DNA of 64,000 nucleotides. Source: an uncultured Gammaproteobacteria bacterium (GTDB lineage: Bacteria; Pseudomonadota; Gammaproteobacteria; SZUA-229). Each line of letters begins with the position of its first letter. The stretch's first letter is position 1. The translations under genes were made by a program, and so were the position numbers. The notes beneath the pieces are model-generated. The model was not told where the DNA came from and did no database searches. It was given only the letters and a program-made list of their open reading frames with translations. This document shows, in pieces, positions 10,664 through 20,545 of the stretch. The stretch lies in the NCBI GenBank assembly GCA_963711255.1, contig CAVQDO010000023.1, positions 139,933 to 203,932 on the forward strand, read 5' to 3'.

Positions 10664-12496
10664 TTAAAGTGATGACCAGAGTTCATCAAAGTCATCTTTA
10701 TTTTTTGTCGCTTCTTCCTTTTTCGCCTGTTTTCTTATACGCTGATCTTCTTCAGTGTTTTTATAGGTGAATTGAGTGAATGAGCCCGTGTGTTCTCTAG
10801 TAGGGCCTAGAGTAACATTTAATTTGTTTTCCAGTATTTGAACGGTAAGTTTATCATTTGTTTTAAAAGCATGCGAAGGCAAGATAGTGCTCGAAGCCTG
10901 TTTCAGTGCCTTGATTCCGGGCAGCATCAGGCAATCGAACGGAATTTCGTCAGGGCGGTTGACTCGCTGGGCGGTGGCAGTAACAACTTTGGGTGATATT
11001 ACCTGTACGCCTATTTCGAGTCCGTTTTCCCGGGTAAACTGCATCCAGCGAATTACGCCTATACGCCATTCAAAATTATTCTTGGCATCAAATTCCTGCA
11101 ACGCAATAAGCTCACCAATCTGTGCTTTAGATGTTTCATCTGAATTCCATTGCAGGCGATAACCGCCGGCACTGATATTGACGATATCCCAGTGCGAATC
11201 GGTATTCTGCGGAGAGGTGAGCTGTTCTTCTTTTATAAACTGTTTTTCTTTTGTATAGGTTTCGGTTAAAACACGGCCCTGCGCAACCATGTCCCAGGAA
11301 TCATTTTCTTTGTCACCGATTTCTGTGTGTGTCATGTATCCCATGTTACGTTTGTCGCTTTCTGCGGTAATTGCTTCCAGGGTAAAATCCGGATCCTGTT
11401 TTGTAGATGTCGAGGTGCGAACAAATCCGGATTTGGTGTCGATATTCTCATCGTTTTTGTATGAATTCCGGATAGCTTTTGCAGATTGTTTTAAACCGAT
11501 GGCTACATTAATTTGGCCGTTTCGGTTTGCGCGAGAAAAGCGCCGTTTTGCATTTTCTGCCCATGAATTAACCAGTACATTCAGTGTTTCCAGCGGAATA
11601 GTGTCACCAACCGCAATTTTCTGTTTTTGTTGTGCCTGTTCGGCAATCAGTTGTTTCACATGTTCAACCAGTTTATTCGCGCTTAATATGCGAATAGTGG
11701 TTTTGCCGTCGAGATCGTTTTCGCATAAATAATCGGGTGCGGCATCTTCACTAACACGCATACAGAAAACCCGGTCAATTAATTTTTCTGATGCTTCGCG
11801 ATGCAGGCTTGCGTATTGCGACCAAGTATAAAGTTCTTTAAAAACGCGTTCACTGTCACTTTGTCTTAAAGCAATCGGGCGTGCCAGTGCGAACAGGATT
11901 ATCTGTTTATAACTGTTCTCGATGGTGTTTTTCTGCAGTGGGCATTCATCATCAATAATAGTGTTTCCGGTCAGCTTCTGGCTTTCCGCAAAAATATACA
12001 GTTGATGGAGGTCGTGCCAGAGTTTTTTCGGGCTGGGTGCGTAAACTTCAGATGAGCGAAGAAACATTTCAGATAAATATGATATGGCGCGGATTATCGC
12101 CATGCTTAGCGTTTTATCATCAATTTTTTTGTCTACCTGGTTAGCGGCTTCGTAGACGATGATTTCATAGCCGTATATCAGTTCCTGTAAAATGGACTGG
12201 TTTAAATTGACAATTTTCTGGCTTTTATCGGGCAGTGGTAATGTACGATTGATGAAATATTTTTTCAGATTATTAAATATGTTACGGGTCTGTTTGCGCA
12301 GCATTTCCAGGTTTTCCAGTCGATGTTTGTTAGGCATGGACTGACGATTCTGGTCGCGCAGTATCTGAAAAGTTTGCTTGGTTAACTCGCCCATATTTGC
12401 ATTGGGCAGTGCAGTCATCAACTTTTTGAACTTCCGAGGATTACTCGGTGTAGACTTTTCGGTCGGCGCAATTTGTTCTGGTATATTTAATTTCAT
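10664..12496 (-). CDS. Large PilZ-motif protein, FimW-like by position (putative c-di-GMP effector)
   Basis: 610 aa. It carries an RxxxR element (RRFSRANR) and a (D/N)xSxxG element (DIVNISAGGYRLQW) in the C-terminal half, although they are unusually far apart. It sits immediately downstream of the FimX-like gene on the same strand. Confidence 0.5.
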   Translation of the reverse strand: MKLNIPEQIAPTEKSTPSNPRKFKKLMTALPNANMGELTKQTFQILRDQNRQSMPNKHRLENLEMLRKQTRNIFNNLKKYFINRTLPLPDKSQKIVNLNQSILQELIYGYEIIVYEAANQVDKKIDDKTLSMAIIRAISYLSEMFLRSSEVYAPSPKKLWHDLHQLYIFAESQKLTGNTIIDDECPLQKNTIENSYKQIILFALARPIALRQSDSERVFKELYTWSQYASLHREASEKLIDRVFCMRVSEDAAPDYLCENDLDGKTTIRILSANKLVEHVKQLIAEQAQQKQKIAVGDTIPLETLNVLVNSWAENAKRRFSRANRNGQINVAIGLKQSAKAIRNSYKNDENIDTKSGFVRTSTSTKQDPDFTLEAITAESDKRNMGYMTHTEIGDKENDSWDMVAQGRVLTETYTKEKQFIKEEQLTSPQNTDSHWDIVNISAGGYRLQWNSDETSKAQIGELIALQEFDAKNNFEWRIGVIRWMQFTRENGLEIGVQVISPKVVTATAQRVNRPDEIPFDCLMLPGIKALKQASSTILPSHAFKTNDKLTVQILENKLNVTLGPTREHTGSFTQFTYKNTEEDQRIRKQAKKEEATKNKDDFDELWSSL

Positions 12497-12601
12497 TATT
12501 ACAGATATTTTTTATCGTTTATAAGCTGTTGTTCTTTATGTGGAAATCAACAACATAGTGCTTTATTTATAAATTAGCCCTGAATTTTATTTAAGTGTAG
12601 C

Positions 12602-13648
12602 TTAGATACTGAAAATTGCAGTTTTTGACTGTTTTCCTTCAATTTCCTGTACCAGCCTGGGTACCAGGTAGCCGGGCAGTTTCTGCTCCATTTCTTTTTT
12701 TATAGTGAGCGCTTGTTCCCGGCCGGTCTTGAAATGCATGGCGCCAGCCACCGGGTCGAGCAGGTGCAGGTAGTAAGGCAGGGTGTTGCATTCAAATAAT
12801 CGCCTGCTAAGTGCGACTAAACTCTCGGCATTGTCGTTTATACCTTTGAGCAGAACACTCTGATTTAGCAGGCAAATTCCTGCTTTGTGCAATAGCTGGA
12901 GTTTGTCGTATTCCGCATTTTTCAGTTCATTGGCGTGATTGCTGTGTATCACCATAACAACCTGAAATCTTGTTGTGCGTAATAATTCCAGCAATCCATG
13001 ATTAATACGGTCAGGTAACACAACCGGCAGGCGGGTATGGATTCTTAGTGTTTTGATGTGTTCAATGTCTTCAAGTCGGGCAATGAGAGCGCCTAGTTTG
13101 CTGTTATCCAGCACTAGCGGGTCGCCCCCGCTTAATATGATTTCATCAATCTCGGTATGGCTGGATAAATAATCAAGAACCCCCTGAAGCGCTTTTTGCG
13201 AATACGACGATTGTTGGTAGGGGTAATGTCGGCGGAAACAGTAACGGCAATGAATCGCGCAGGCGGCTGTGGTTATGAGTAAGGCGCGGCCATGATATTT
13301 GTGCAGCAGGCCCTGACCTGCCTGGGCATTGATGTCGCCGACAGGGTCGAGCAGCCCGGGCTGTTGAATTGTCGGCTGTTTCTCCAGAGCTAGCGGTAAT
13401 ACCTGCAGCAGTAAGGGGTCGTTGATATTGCCCGGTTCTATCTTGCTAATATAGGCATCGGTAGCCATACATTTAAATTCAGCTGCGAGATCTATGTGCT
13501 TTAGGTGCTGGCCAAGCTGAAGCCGGGTGAGCAGCGCTTCGGCAGACGTGGTTGCCTGTGACAGCTGTTTTTTCCAGCTCGATTCTGAGGTGTCAGGTGT
13601 CGAGCATGATAGCGAGCGCGTGTTAACTATTTTGGCGGGTAGTGACAT
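12602..13648 (-). CDS. epmB: EF-P beta-lysylation protein EpmB (lysine 2,3-aminomutase family, radical SAM)
   Basis: CAIHCRYCFRR CxxxCxxC cluster and a KamA/YjeK-like length (348 aa). Divergent from efp. Confidence 0.9.
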   Translation of the reverse strand: MSLPAKIVNTRSLSCSTPDTSESSWKKQLSQATTSAEALLTRLQLGQHLKHIDLAAEFKCMATDAYISKIEPGNINDPLLLQVLPLALEKQPTIQQPGLLDPVGDINAQAGQGLLHKYHGRALLITTAACAIHCRYCFRRHYPYQQSSYSQKALQGVLDYLSSHTEIDEIILSGGDPLVLDNSKLGALIARLEDIEHIKTLRIHTRLPVVLPDRINHGLLELLRTTRFQVVMVIHSNHANELKNAEYDKLQLLHKAGICLLNQSVLLKGINDNAESLVALSRRLFECNTLPYYLHLLDPVAGAMHFKTGREQALTIKKEMEQKLPGYLVPRLVQEIEGKQSKTAIFSI

Positions 13649-13732
13649 TCTGGGCGTGTGTTGTATATGTTATGAGGAATTCAGGGTAATATACCGCCAA
13701 ATTTAATTAGTACAGAAAGGCAAAAGTTTAAC

Positions 13733-14296
13733 ATGGCAACGTACAGTACAAACCAGTTTAAGAATGGCTTGAAAATCATCCTTGATAACGATCCCTGTTC
13801 CATTACTGAAAATAACGTGGTGAAACCGGGTAAAGGACAGGCATTTAATAAAGTTAAAGCAAAAAATCTGCGTACCGGCAGGATGCTTGAACGCACCTTT
13901 AAATCCACGGAGTCGGTTGAGGCCGCTGATGTCGATGAAATGAACGTGGAATACTTATACAGTGATGGTGAATACTGGCACTTCATGGAGCCAAGCAGTT
14001 TTGAACAGTACGCTGCCGATGCCGTTGCTGTTGGCGATGCGGTCAAATGGATAAAGGGTCAGGAAGTTTGTGTGATGACATTATGGGATGGATCGCCATT
14101 GAATATTGCGCCGCCAAACTTTGTTGAGCTGGCCGTTGCGCAAACCGATCCGGGTTTAAAAGGTGATACCGCGCAGGGTGCGACTAAACCGGCGACACTG
14201 GAGACGGGAACGGAAGTCAAAGTACCGCTGTTTATTGATGTAGGTGATATTTTAAAAATTGATACTCGTAATGGAGAGTATGTCTCCCGGGCCTGA
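13733..14296 (+). CDS. efp: Elongation factor P
   Basis: 187 aa, starting [15 protein letters not shown], with the VKPGKGQAF loop that carries the modified Lys. Confidence 0.97.
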   Translation: MATYSTNQFKNGLKIILDNDPCSITENNVVKPGKGQAFNKVKAKNLRTGRMLERTFKSTESVEAADVDEMNVEYLYSDGEYWHFMEPSSFEQYAADAVAVGDAVKWIKGQEVCVMTLWDGSPLNIAPPNFVELAVAQTDPGLKGDTAQGATKPATLETGTEVKVPLFIDVGDILKIDTRNGEYVSRA

Positions 14297-15366
14297 TGTC
14301 GGAGCAGAATAAAGCCGTGATCGATGATAAGGCCGGTAATGATGTCATTGAGCAGGAAGGTATCAGCGACTGGCAGAGCAGGGCGGATTATGAAGTGCTG
14401 CTGGAAAGGGCCCTGATGTTAAAAAACATCAGGGCTTTTTTTGATGGCAAAGGGGTTATAGAAGTAGAAACACCGCTGCTGTCCCATAGCGCTACCACCG
14501 ATCCGCACCTGGAAAGTCTGTGGTCCCGTTTTGCTGAACAGAAATGTTATTTAAATACCTCGCCGGAATATGCCATGAAGCGTTTGCTGGCGCAATGGAA
14601 GCAGCCTGTCTACCAGGTCTGTAAGGCGTTTCGTGATGATGAGCTGGGAACAAATCATAATCCGGAATTCACTATGCTGGAATGGTATCGGCCGAACTTT
14701 AGTATGCAGCAGCTTATGGATGAACTTGCTGAACTGGTCGGCACATTGTGCCGCTTATCGTCTCTGTTTACGGGAGGCGTACCGGTGTTTGAGCGTCTGA
14801 GCTATCAGCAGGCATTCGAGAAATGCACGGGTATTAATCCTCACCGGGCAACGGCAACTGACTGCTATCAATTTGCGCTTTCAAATAATATTGAAATACC
14901 ACAGGGACTGGGTGATGGTTCTGCGCTCAAGGATGATGTTGATGAATGGCTGGACTGGCTGCTGCTGCAGTGCGTCTTTCCCACATTTTCGAAACAGGGT
15001 TTTACCTTTCTTTGTGATTACCCCGTCAGTCAGTGTGCGCTGGCAAAAATTGCAGATGCCGAGCCGCCATCCGGGGGAAGGGTTGCGAAACGCTTTGAAT
15101 TATTTTTTGGTGAAGTTGAGCTGGCTAACGGTTTTTATGAATTGACTGATGGCGAAGAGCAATTGCAGCGCTTTAAAAAGGAAAACAGTCTGCGACAGAA
15201 ATCGGGAGGAGCGGCTGCCACTATTGACGATAACTTTATTGCTGCTTTAGATTATGGTTTGCCGGATTGTTCTGGTGTGGCACTTGGGCTTGATCGTTTG
15301 TTGATGGTGCTGGCAAACCGAACACGGATAAACCAGGTGTTGTCATTTTCATGGGAAAATTGTTAA
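14296..15366 (+). CDS. epmA: EF-P--(R)-beta-lysine ligase EpmA (PoxA/GenX)
   Basis: Class II LysRS-like catalytic core without an anticodon domain (EVETPLL, FRDDELGTNHNPEFTMLEWY, GVALGLDRLLM). Its ATG overlaps the efp stop (TGATG). Confidence 0.9.
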   Translation: MSEQNKAVIDDKAGNDVIEQEGISDWQSRADYEVLLERALMLKNIRAFFDGKGVIEVETPLLSHSATTDPHLESLWSRFAEQKCYLNTSPEYAMKRLLAQWKQPVYQVCKAFRDDELGTNHNPEFTMLEWYRPNFSMQQLMDELAELVGTLCRLSSLFTGGVPVFERLSYQQAFEKCTGINPHRATATDCYQFALSNNIEIPQGLGDGSALKDDVDEWLDWLLLQCVFPTFSKQGFTFLCDYPVSQCALAKIADAEPPSGGRVAKRFELFFGEVELANGFYELTDGEEQLQRFKKENSLRQKSGGAAATIDDNFIAALDYGLPDCSGVALGLDRLLMVLANRTRINQVLSFSWENC

Positions 15367-15606
15367 CGGAAACCCACCACGTCACACTTGTTTAGCAGTT
15401 TTTGATATGACTTACATCAAAAAAACCTGCATATTTGTCAGATTTTATAATTAAATGCTAAAAAAAATAGTTTGTGATTTTTATTTATAGTGCCGAGTGT
15501 CGATAAGTTGCCGAAAAACCTTGCAATTTTCGTTGTCACAGGGCATTCTTGATTTTTATAACGTAACTCATTGTGCATGAGTGCGTTTACTCATTATTTT
15601 GCGTAA

Positions 15607-16776
15607 ATGAACATGAAGGTAGCTTTGAGCATGTCAAGAATAAGTCCAGTTAAATTCTATTTTTATCTTTCACTAACGCTCATTTCCGGTTGGTCAGCAC
15701 AGTTGCAGGCAGATAATGTAATTACGGTTGGTGTTGCTCCGCATGGTGGTTACGTCATTCTTGGTGGCAGTGTTATTCCGCTTAAAGAGGTTACTCTTTC
15801 AGCACAAATGCCGGGACGCATTGTAAGTATTGCCGGTGAAGAAGGTGATGTTTTTACTGCGGGTACTGAACTGGTAAAGATAAATGATGATGATCTGCAG
15901 GCAAAGAAAGTTGCTGCCGAAGCGCAGATAAGTTCAGCCCAGAATTCTATGCAGAATGCGCAGGTTCAATACAATCGTGAATTGTGGAACCCGCGCGTTT
16001 ATAACCCGCGTCCTATGGCGGGCATGGGCATGCCTTCAATGTTTGATGGTTTTTTTGATAATGGAGTCATGCCGGGTAGTAACAGCGGCAATAAAAGCAT
16101 TGAAAGACATGCTGATCTGGTTACACAGGGAACACAGGTTTCATCATCACGTTCACAGTTGACAGAGGCAGAATCTGCTTTACGTGCTATCAATGCAAAA
16201 TTGCGAGATACCAAATCGATAGCTCCTTTTGACGGCATTATCATGCAAAAAATGATCGAGATTGGTGATACCGTTCAGCCTGGGCAGCCGCTCATCGTTT
16301 TTTCATATTCAAAATTCTTGCGTATACAGGCGGAAGTGCCGGCCAGGTTGATGCCCGGTCTGCAGAAAGGCATGGTTGTTCCGGCCAGGCTTGATGTCGG
16401 TAATACACAGATTAATGCACGTGTTGCTCAAATCTCTCCGATAGCCGATAACAAACAGCATACCGTGACGGTAAAATTTGATTTGCCTGAAGGTGTTCCT
16501 GGTGGCGCAGGGATGTATGCCGAAGTTATGATACCTGATATCAATTCACCCACTCGTGCACTGCCTGTAATACCAAAATCTGCTATCAGTAAACGAGGCA
16601 GTTTGCCTTCGGTCCAGGTACTTGATGAAAACAATGTGCCCAAGATGCGTTTGATTCGCACGGGTATCGAAATAGGTAACGATACTGTCATCGTGCTTTC
16701 CGGTATCAAACCCGGGGAAAGAATTCTGACCAATAGCGAAGAACCTAAGCCACCAATGCCATGGGGTGGCCAGTAG
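15607..16776 (+). CDS. RND efflux periplasmic adaptor (membrane fusion protein, HlyD family)
   Basis: 389 aa with an N-terminal hydrophobic anchor or signal, lipoyl-hairpin-like halves (GRIVSIAGEEGDVFTAGTELVKIND and APFDGIIMQKMIEIGDTVQPGQPLIVF), and a coiled-coil middle. Confidence 0.85.
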   Translation: MNMKVALSMSRISPVKFYFYLSLTLISGWSAQLQADNVITVGVAPHGGYVILGGSVIPLKEVTLSAQMPGRIVSIAGEEGDVFTAGTELVKINDDDLQAKKVAAEAQISSAQNSMQNAQVQYNRELWNPRVYNPRPMAGMGMPSMFDGFFDNGVMPGSNSGNKSIERHADLVTQGTQVSSSRSQLTEAESALRAINAKLRDTKSIAPFDGIIMQKMIEIGDTVQPGQPLIVFSYSKFLRIQAEVPARLMPGLQKGMVVPARLDVGNTQINARVAQISPIADNKQHTVTVKFDLPEGVPGGAGMYAEVMIPDINSPTRALPVIPKSAISKRGSLPSVQVLDENNVPKMRLIRTGIEIGNDTVIVLSGIKPGERILTNSEEPKPPMPWGGQ

Positions 16777-16933
16777 CAAGGTATTGTTTTCACGTCAGAT
16801 AATTTTATCGTGCCCTGAAGAGTAAAGCGTTCAGAGTAGTAATGAGTTGTCTTGTGTGTTTTCCTCAGCTTCATGTTGAGTGTTAAATGATGAGCGTTAA
16901 ACAACAGCCAGATAATAGAGTGATTGTTAGAAA

Positions 16934-19900
16934 ATGACTGACCAATTGGATAAAGATCAAGATAAAGATAAAGATGAAGACCTGAAATGTGATGTTCCAC
17001 CATCGGCATCGATTGGCGGTAAAGATCTCGGTCTTGCCGGTAATATAGCAAAAACTTTTATTAATTCACCTGTGACTCCGATGTTGTTAATAGCAACACT
17101 GCTTATCGGAATTAGTGGTTTGATCTTCACGCCAAGACAGGAAGATCCGCAGATTTCTGTCCCTATGATAGATATCTTTGTTTCCTATCCAGGTACTTCT
17201 GCTTCGCAGGTAGAAAGTCTGGTAACCGACCCGCTAGAAAGGCTGATGGATGAAATTCCAGGCGTGCGTCATACTTTTTCTGCTACACAGCGCGGTAATG
17301 CTATCGTTACTGTGCAGTTTTACGTGGGTGAAGATCTCGGTGAATCCATTGTTAAAGTAAACGATAAAATTCGTTCGAACATGGACATGATGCCGCCCGA
17401 TGTTTTACGACCCCTGGTTAAACCGGTTGCGATTGATGATGTGCCAACTGTGGCGGTTACGCTATGGTCGAAAGAAGTTGATGATAGTACCCTGCGTATT
17501 CTTGGTAATGATGTGCTGCAGGAGCTTGGGCAGGTTGTAAATACCGGTAAAGGTTTTGTCGTTGCAGGGCGTGCTGATCAGATTCGGGTAGAGGTATTGC
17601 CTGAGCGACTGGCAGGCTACGGTATTAGTTTGCAGCAGGTGGCGGGTGCTATAACTGCGGCCAATTCGCAGCAAAATGTTGGCGCGGTTGAGGCTGGCAG
17701 TACTTCATTTACCGTGTACTCAGGTTCATTCTTGCGTACAGCTGCAGATATTGAGCGTCTGGTTGTAGGCATGAACCATGGGGCGCCCGTTTATATGCAG
17801 GATGTGGCTGAAGTGTTTCATGGCCCTGAAGACGCTAATAATATTTCTTCCTATTATGCAGGGCCGGCTTACGAAGGTATTGAGCGACCTACCGGAGATC
17901 CTGCGGTAACCATTGCGATAGCCAAAAAAGAAGGAGCAAATGGTGTAACCGTTTCAAAATCAATTTTGAAAAAACTGGAAGAATTAAAAGGCACTATCAT
18001 TCCAGATAACGTACATGTGGAGATCACGCGAGACTACGGCAAATCGGCCAATGATAAAGTTAACGAGTTGCTGAGTGCAATGTTCGAAGCGACCGCAGCT
18101 GTCGCGATATTATGTTTGATTGGTTTGGGTTTTCGAGCGGCTTTTGTAGTGGTAACCGTTATTCCTGTGGTTATCCTGATTACTATCTGGTGGGCGTGGA
18201 TGGTGGATTACACTATTGACCGCGTCAGTATGTTCGCATTGATTTTCTCTATTGGTATTCTGGTAGACGATGCCACCGTGGTGGTGGAAAATATCTTCAG
18301 GCATTGGCTCATTAAAGGGCGAACCACTCTCGCTGATGCGGTTGATGCAGTTCGTGAAGTGGGTAATCCAACTATTTTGGCGACCTTTACCATTATCGCC
18401 GCACTGTTGCCTATGGGCTGGGTGAGCGGCATGATGGGCCCCTATATGCGCCCGATTCCAGTGATGGGCGCGTCAGCCATGTTTTTCTCATTGATTGCAG
18501 CATTTATTTTTACGCCGTGGTTTGCGGTGCGCGTTCGTCCGCAGTTGGAGGCTTTGAAAAAAGCCGAGAAACGAGAAGAGAAAACTCGCAAATTTGTTGC
18601 CGCTCTTTATCGCCCTCTCATTATGCCGCTGGTAAACAGCCGCAGGCTTGGTATCTTTTTCCTGATTGGTATTATCTGTGTTACCGCGATGACAATGTTG
18701 TTATTTTACCCAACGCAGTGGGTCGCGGTGAAAATGTTGCCGTTTGATAACAAACCAGAATTCAGTGTCGTTATTAATATGCCGGAAGGAACAGCAATGC
18801 CGGTTACGGCTAACCTGGCCCATGAGCTGGCAACTGCAATTAACCAGATGCCGGAAGTAGAAGCGGTGCAGAGTTATGCGGGTACAGCACAGCCATTCAA
18901 CTTTAATGGCATGGTCAGGCACTATTATCTGCGAAAACAACCCTGGCATGGCGATTTACTGGTGATGTTGAAAGAGAAACATGAACGAGAGAAAAGCAGT
19001 CACCAGATAGCAGAAGAAGCGCGCGCTTTATTAACGCCCATAGCGCAACGCGCAGGTGGTCGTATAGCGATTGTTGAAATGCCTCCGGGTCCACCTGTAT
19101 TGCAAACCGTGGTGGCTGAAATTCATGGCCCAGACGCAAAGACGCGACGCGAAGTTGCCAGCAAAATGACAGAGTTTTTTGAAAAAGCCGGTGGTGTTGT
19201 GGATGTAGATAATTACATGAATGAGCCTTCCCAGCATTGGCGTTTCGAAGTGAATAAAGAAAAGGCGATCCGCCGTGGTGTTACTGTTGACAGCATCAAT
19301 GGAACATTGGCGATGGCAATGGGTGGTTTCAAACTGGGTGATGTGAAACGCGCCTCAGTAATAGAGCCTACTTATATTGTGATTCAGGTACCAATGGCAA
19401 CGCGTTCACAGGTTAATCAGCTAAGTAACTTGCCCATGGTGACTTCCGATGGGACTATTGCCCCTCTGGGTGAACTGGGTCGTTTTATGCTTGAGTCGAA
19501 TGAACCCATTATCTGGCACAAAGATTTGCGCGATGTTGAATTTGTTGTCGGTGAGATGGAGGGTCGTCTGGGTGCGCCGATTTACGGTATGTTCAATGTA
19601 GAAGAATTTACCGATCAGTACACCACGCCTGATGGTGTCATCATGGAAGGCATGCCAATGAACCTGATTGGTCCACCTGACAGTGACACAAATTCAGGCT
19701 TCGAGTGGACTGGCGAATGGACTGTAACTTATGAAACATTCCGTGACATGGGGATTGCATTCATGGCAGCCCTGATATTGATTTATGGTTTGATTGTCTG
19801 GGAGTTCCGTGATTTTGCACTGGCGGGCCTGATCATGTCGCCCATTCCGCTAACCATGATTGGTATCGTACCTGGACACTGGTTTCATGGCGCTGAATTT

Positions 19901-20545
19901 ACCGCTACATCGATGATCGGTATGATCGCGTTGGGTGGAATTATCGTGCGGCAATCGATTCTAATTGTCGAGTTTGTGAAGATTGAAGTAGCGAAAGGTG
20001 TTCCAGTTAAAGAAGCCGCTGTTAACGGTGCGGAAATACGTATGCGGCCGATTTTCATTACTTCACTGACCTTGATGGCAGGTGCTTTTGCTATCCTTGA
20101 CGATCCTATCTTTAACGGCATGGCGATAAGCCTGTTATGGGGCGCGGGTGTTGGCACCCTGATGGCCGTTATTGTCATCCCGATGGGTTGTATCAGCAGC
20201 CGTGAAAACTTCTATTATGAAACATCGGATTCAGGTGAACGGGTGATTAGTAGTAAATTTGAAGAAATTGAAGGGGTAAAACCTTATCTGAATAACCTGC
20301 CCGAAGCCGAGGCTGAATATAAAGTACCGCTTTGGATGCGTATTTACAGTATTATAGTCAGTATTGTCGGCTGGCTATTTGTTATTGGCCAGATGATATT
20401 TAATCTCCTGCGAATGCTGTTTGGTATGGTAGTCGGTATGTTTGGTTCTGATTCAGAACCGCCTTCACCGCCCGCATCAACACCGCCAGCATCAACGCCA
20501 CCGACTCCGGCCACCTCCAGCTCCGCCGGCATCGCCAGCTTCTGA
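16934..20545 (+). CDS. RND-superfamily efflux permease with an extra C-terminal hydrophobic helix and a Pro/Ser/Thr tail
   Basis: 1203 aa with AcrB/CzcA-type architecture: two large periplasmic loops, FSIGILVDDATVVVENIFRH and GGIIVRQSILIVEFV. After the last canonical TM comes an extra hydrophobic stretch (LWMRIYSIIVSIVGWLFVIGQMIFNLLRMLFGMVVGMF), then SEPPSPPASTPPASTPPTPATSSS. Confidence 0.88.
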   Translation: MTDQLDKDQDKDKDEDLKCDVPPSASIGGKDLGLAGNIAKTFINSPVTPMLLIATLLIGISGLIFTPRQEDPQISVPMIDIFVSYPGTSASQVESLVTDPLERLMDEIPGVRHTFSATQRGNAIVTVQFYVGEDLGESIVKVNDKIRSNMDMMPPDVLRPLVKPVAIDDVPTVAVTLWSKEVDDSTLRILGNDVLQELGQVVNTGKGFVVAGRADQIRVEVLPERLAGYGISLQQVAGAITAANSQQNVGAVEAGSTSFTVYSGSFLRTAADIERLVVGMNHGAPVYMQDVAEVFHGPEDANNISSYYAGPAYEGIERPTGDPAVTIAIAKKEGANGVTVSKSILKKLEELKGTIIPDNVHVEITRDYGKSANDKVNELLSAMFEATAAVAILCLIGLGFRAAFVVVTVIPVVILITIWWAWMVDYTIDRVSMFALIFSIGILVDDATVVVENIFRHWLIKGRTTLADAVDAVREVGNPTILATFTIIAALLPMGWVSGMMGPYMRPIPVMGASAMFFSLIAAFIFTPWFAVRVRPQLEALKKAEKREEKTRKFVAALYRPLIMPLVNSRRLGIFFLIGIICVTAMTMLLFYPTQWVAVKMLPFDNKPEFSVVINMPEGTAMPVTANLAHELATAINQMPEVEAVQSYAGTAQPFNFNGMVRHYYLRKQPWHGDLLVMLKEKHEREKSSHQIAEEARALLTPIAQRAGGRIAIVEMPPGPPVLQTVVAEIHGPDAKTRREVASKMTEFFEKAGGVVDVDNYMNEPSQHWRFEVNKEKAIRRGVTVDSINGTLAMAMGGFKLGDVKRASVIEPTYIVIQVPMATRSQVNQLSNLPMVTSDGTIAPLGELGRFMLESNEPIIWHKDLRDVEFVVGEMEGRLGAPIYGMFNVEEFTDQYTTPDGVIMEGMPMNLIGPPDSDTNSGFEWTGEWTVTYETFRDMGIAFMAALILIYGLIVWEFRDFALAGLIMSPIPLTMIGIVPGHWFHGAEFTATSMIGMIALGGIIVRQSILIVEFVKIEVAKGVPVKEAAVNGAEIRMRPIFITSLTLMAGAFAILDDPIFNGMAISLLWGAGVGTLMAVIVIPMGCISSRENFYYETSDSGERVISSKFEEIEGVKPYLNNLPEAEAEYKVPLWMRIYSIIVSIVGWLFVIGQMIFNLLRMLFGMVVGMFGSDSEPPSPPASTPPASTPPTPATSSSAGIASF

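Noticed and set aside
15394-15420. TTGAT...ATCAA palindrome after epmA, considered as an FNR/CRP box (a similar one lies at about 24022-24046)
   Set aside because: The spacing between half-sites is 9 nt (7 nt at the second site) rather than the 4 nt of FNR/CRP-type sites. These are more likely weak AT-rich hairpins.
16428-17051. 207-aa minus-strand ORF spanning the MFP/RND junction
   Set aside because: It overlaps the 3' end of the adaptor gene and the 5' end of the RND gene. It has no family features.
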